The notes below the pieces were generated by a model. It saw only the letters and a list, made by a program, of their open reading frames with translations. It was not told the DNA's origin and did no database searches. A program made the translations under genes and the position numbers. A DNA stretch of 55,024 nucleotides, taken from NCBI GenBank assembly GCA_937975855.1, contig CALJTT010000010.1, positions 1 through 55,024 of the forward strand, written 5' to 3'. The stretch's first letter is position 1, and every line of letters starts with the position of its first letter. This document shows, piece after piece, positions 53,731 through 55,024 of this stretch. Origin of the DNA: Minisyncoccota bacterium (lineage in GTDB: Bacteria; Patescibacteriota; Minisyncoccia; Phycocordibacterales; UBA918).

Positions 53731-53758
53731 TTGACTTTCATCTGGTTTCCTATAAGAT
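53731..53758 (+). promoter_or_regulatory. Candidate 23S rRNA promoter (TTGACT-16-TAAGAT)
   Basis: -35 at 53731-53736 and -10 at 53753-53758. No protein-coding ORF lies between it and the 23S gene. Confidence 0.45.
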
Positions 53759-53837
53759 AGCGAGCACGTAACTGATATGGTAATCAATCAAAAGCAACTT
53801 CGCGACACATAAGTCCACCGCTTCGGTGAATTTCTGT

Positions 53838-53870
53838 GCCGCGACTGTCGCGGCTTTTATTTTGAAAACT
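53838..53870 (+). promoter_or_regulatory. boxB-like hairpin plus boxA-like element (rRNA antitermination leader)
   Basis: GCCGCGA-ctg-TCGCGGC hairpin followed by TTTTATTTTGAAAACT. TTTGAAAACT resembles the boxA elements of rrn leaders. Confidence 0.4.
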
Positions 53871-54319
53871 ATATATGGAGGTGCGCGCTGTTTGACAGAC
53901 ATCATGAGTGAAAGTCCTTAGAGAATTTATTCTCGGGAGACTGATCAAGTGATGGTTGTATGCTAGTCATACAATTGCATAGACAGGAGATGGATTGATA
54001 AGGTCCGTCTCCGAGAAAGTCCTACCCGGAATCGACGCCGGGTAGGCGATTCCGCATATCCTACCGGATATGCGGAGTAGGTAAGTCTGTCTGGATTAGA
54101 TCCCAAAAAGAATGGCACACTGTCATTTTTCATTCACCTCCCAGGTGAATGAAAGGTCTTTTCGTCCCAGACAGACAAACAAAACGTCGTGAGCGTTTAC
54201 GCTCACGACAGACCGGAGTATGTATCTCCGGTCGACACTCAAAATTGTACAGCGGTGTACAGCGTGACTGTAGTGAATGTTGATCGACTAGGTTTCGACC
54301 TGGCCGTGTATAACGTTCC

Positions 54320-55024
<705 letters not shown>

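Noticed and set aside
53838-53863. GC hairpin plus T-run read as an ordinary rho-independent terminator, implying a ~100-nt small RNA from the 53731 promoter.
   Set aside because: The T-run merges into TTTGAAAACT, a boxA-like element, and the next functional element downstream is the 23S gene. A boxB/boxA antitermination leader is the more economical reading. The small-RNA alternative is not excluded.
54060-54110. 5S rRNA-like fragment (GGAGTAGGTAAGTCTGTCTGG versus 5S GAGAGTAGG...CCAGGC).
   Set aside because: The other 5S blocks (CCGAACTCAGAAGTGAAAC and others) are not found at the correct spacing. This is an isolated similarity only.
53900-54215. RNase P RNA-like sequence motifs in the 23S leader: GAAAGTCC (twice), CCGGGTAGGC, and CACGACAGACCGG.
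   Set aside because: The motifs occur in the right order. However, the GAAAGTCC...CCGGGTAGG pair forms a local hairpin rather than the long-range P4 helix. No GGTAAGAGCGCACC-type or AGGGTGAAA-type conserved regions are present, and short k-mer matches of this kind are expected by chance. Only a covariance-model scan could settle it, so it is not called as rnpB.

Overview
Gene-dense stretch of a small bacterial chromosome read in the standard code (ORFs close on TAA/TAG/TGA, with several ATGA start/stop overlaps). Almost all genes are housekeeping. In order:
- tRNA-His and mscL
- a class I ribonucleotide reductase (nrdB-nrdA)
- secE-nusG and rplK
- a ~7 kb pyrimidine-deoxynucleotide/folate block: DNPH1-like hydrolase, folA, dcd-like, thyA-like, dCMP deaminase, tmk, dut, glyA, HD nucleotidase
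- four aminoacyl-tRNA synthetases (argS, ileS, glyQS, metG), plus recO and tatD
- several NUDIX/MazG enzymes
- rpsF-ssb-rpsR, efp, a sigma-70-family factor, recA, ftsK, rplJ-rplL
- two type IV pilin paralogues
- secreted surface proteins with peptidoglycan-binding and thrombospondin-type-3 repeats
- the first ~700 nt of a 23S rRNA gene

I saw no transposase, integrase, CRISPR array or recognisable defence cassette. The overall picture suggests a reduced-genome, CPR/Patescibacteria-like organism. It rests on compact operons, salvage-type nucleotide metabolism, pilins, a 23S gene with no 16S upstream, an rRNA insertion, and no rplA at its usual position. This taxonomic placement is inference only.

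Most interesting observations:
1. The IleRS carries a complete histidine-phosphatase (PGAM-like) domain inserted in its catalytic core.
2. The only thymidylate-synthase homologue has Asp where ThyA has the uracil-specifying Asn, which is the dCMP-specific signature. Its operon partner is a Dcd homologue lacking the catalytic Glu, and a DNPH1/MilB-like N-glycosidase lies just downstream on the opposite strand. Together these suggest a non-canonical pyrimidine route or base modification.
3. The RNR has its ATP-cone on the beta subunit, and the alpha subunit has no C-terminal Cys pair.
4. Many genes have an extended -10 box (TGnTAnnnT) 5-8 nt upstream of the ATG, implying widespread leaderless mRNAs.
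5. The 23S gene has its own promoter and a boxB/boxA-like leader, plus a ~97-nt helical insertion in domain I.
6. Several ORF-free structured regions may be RNA elements.
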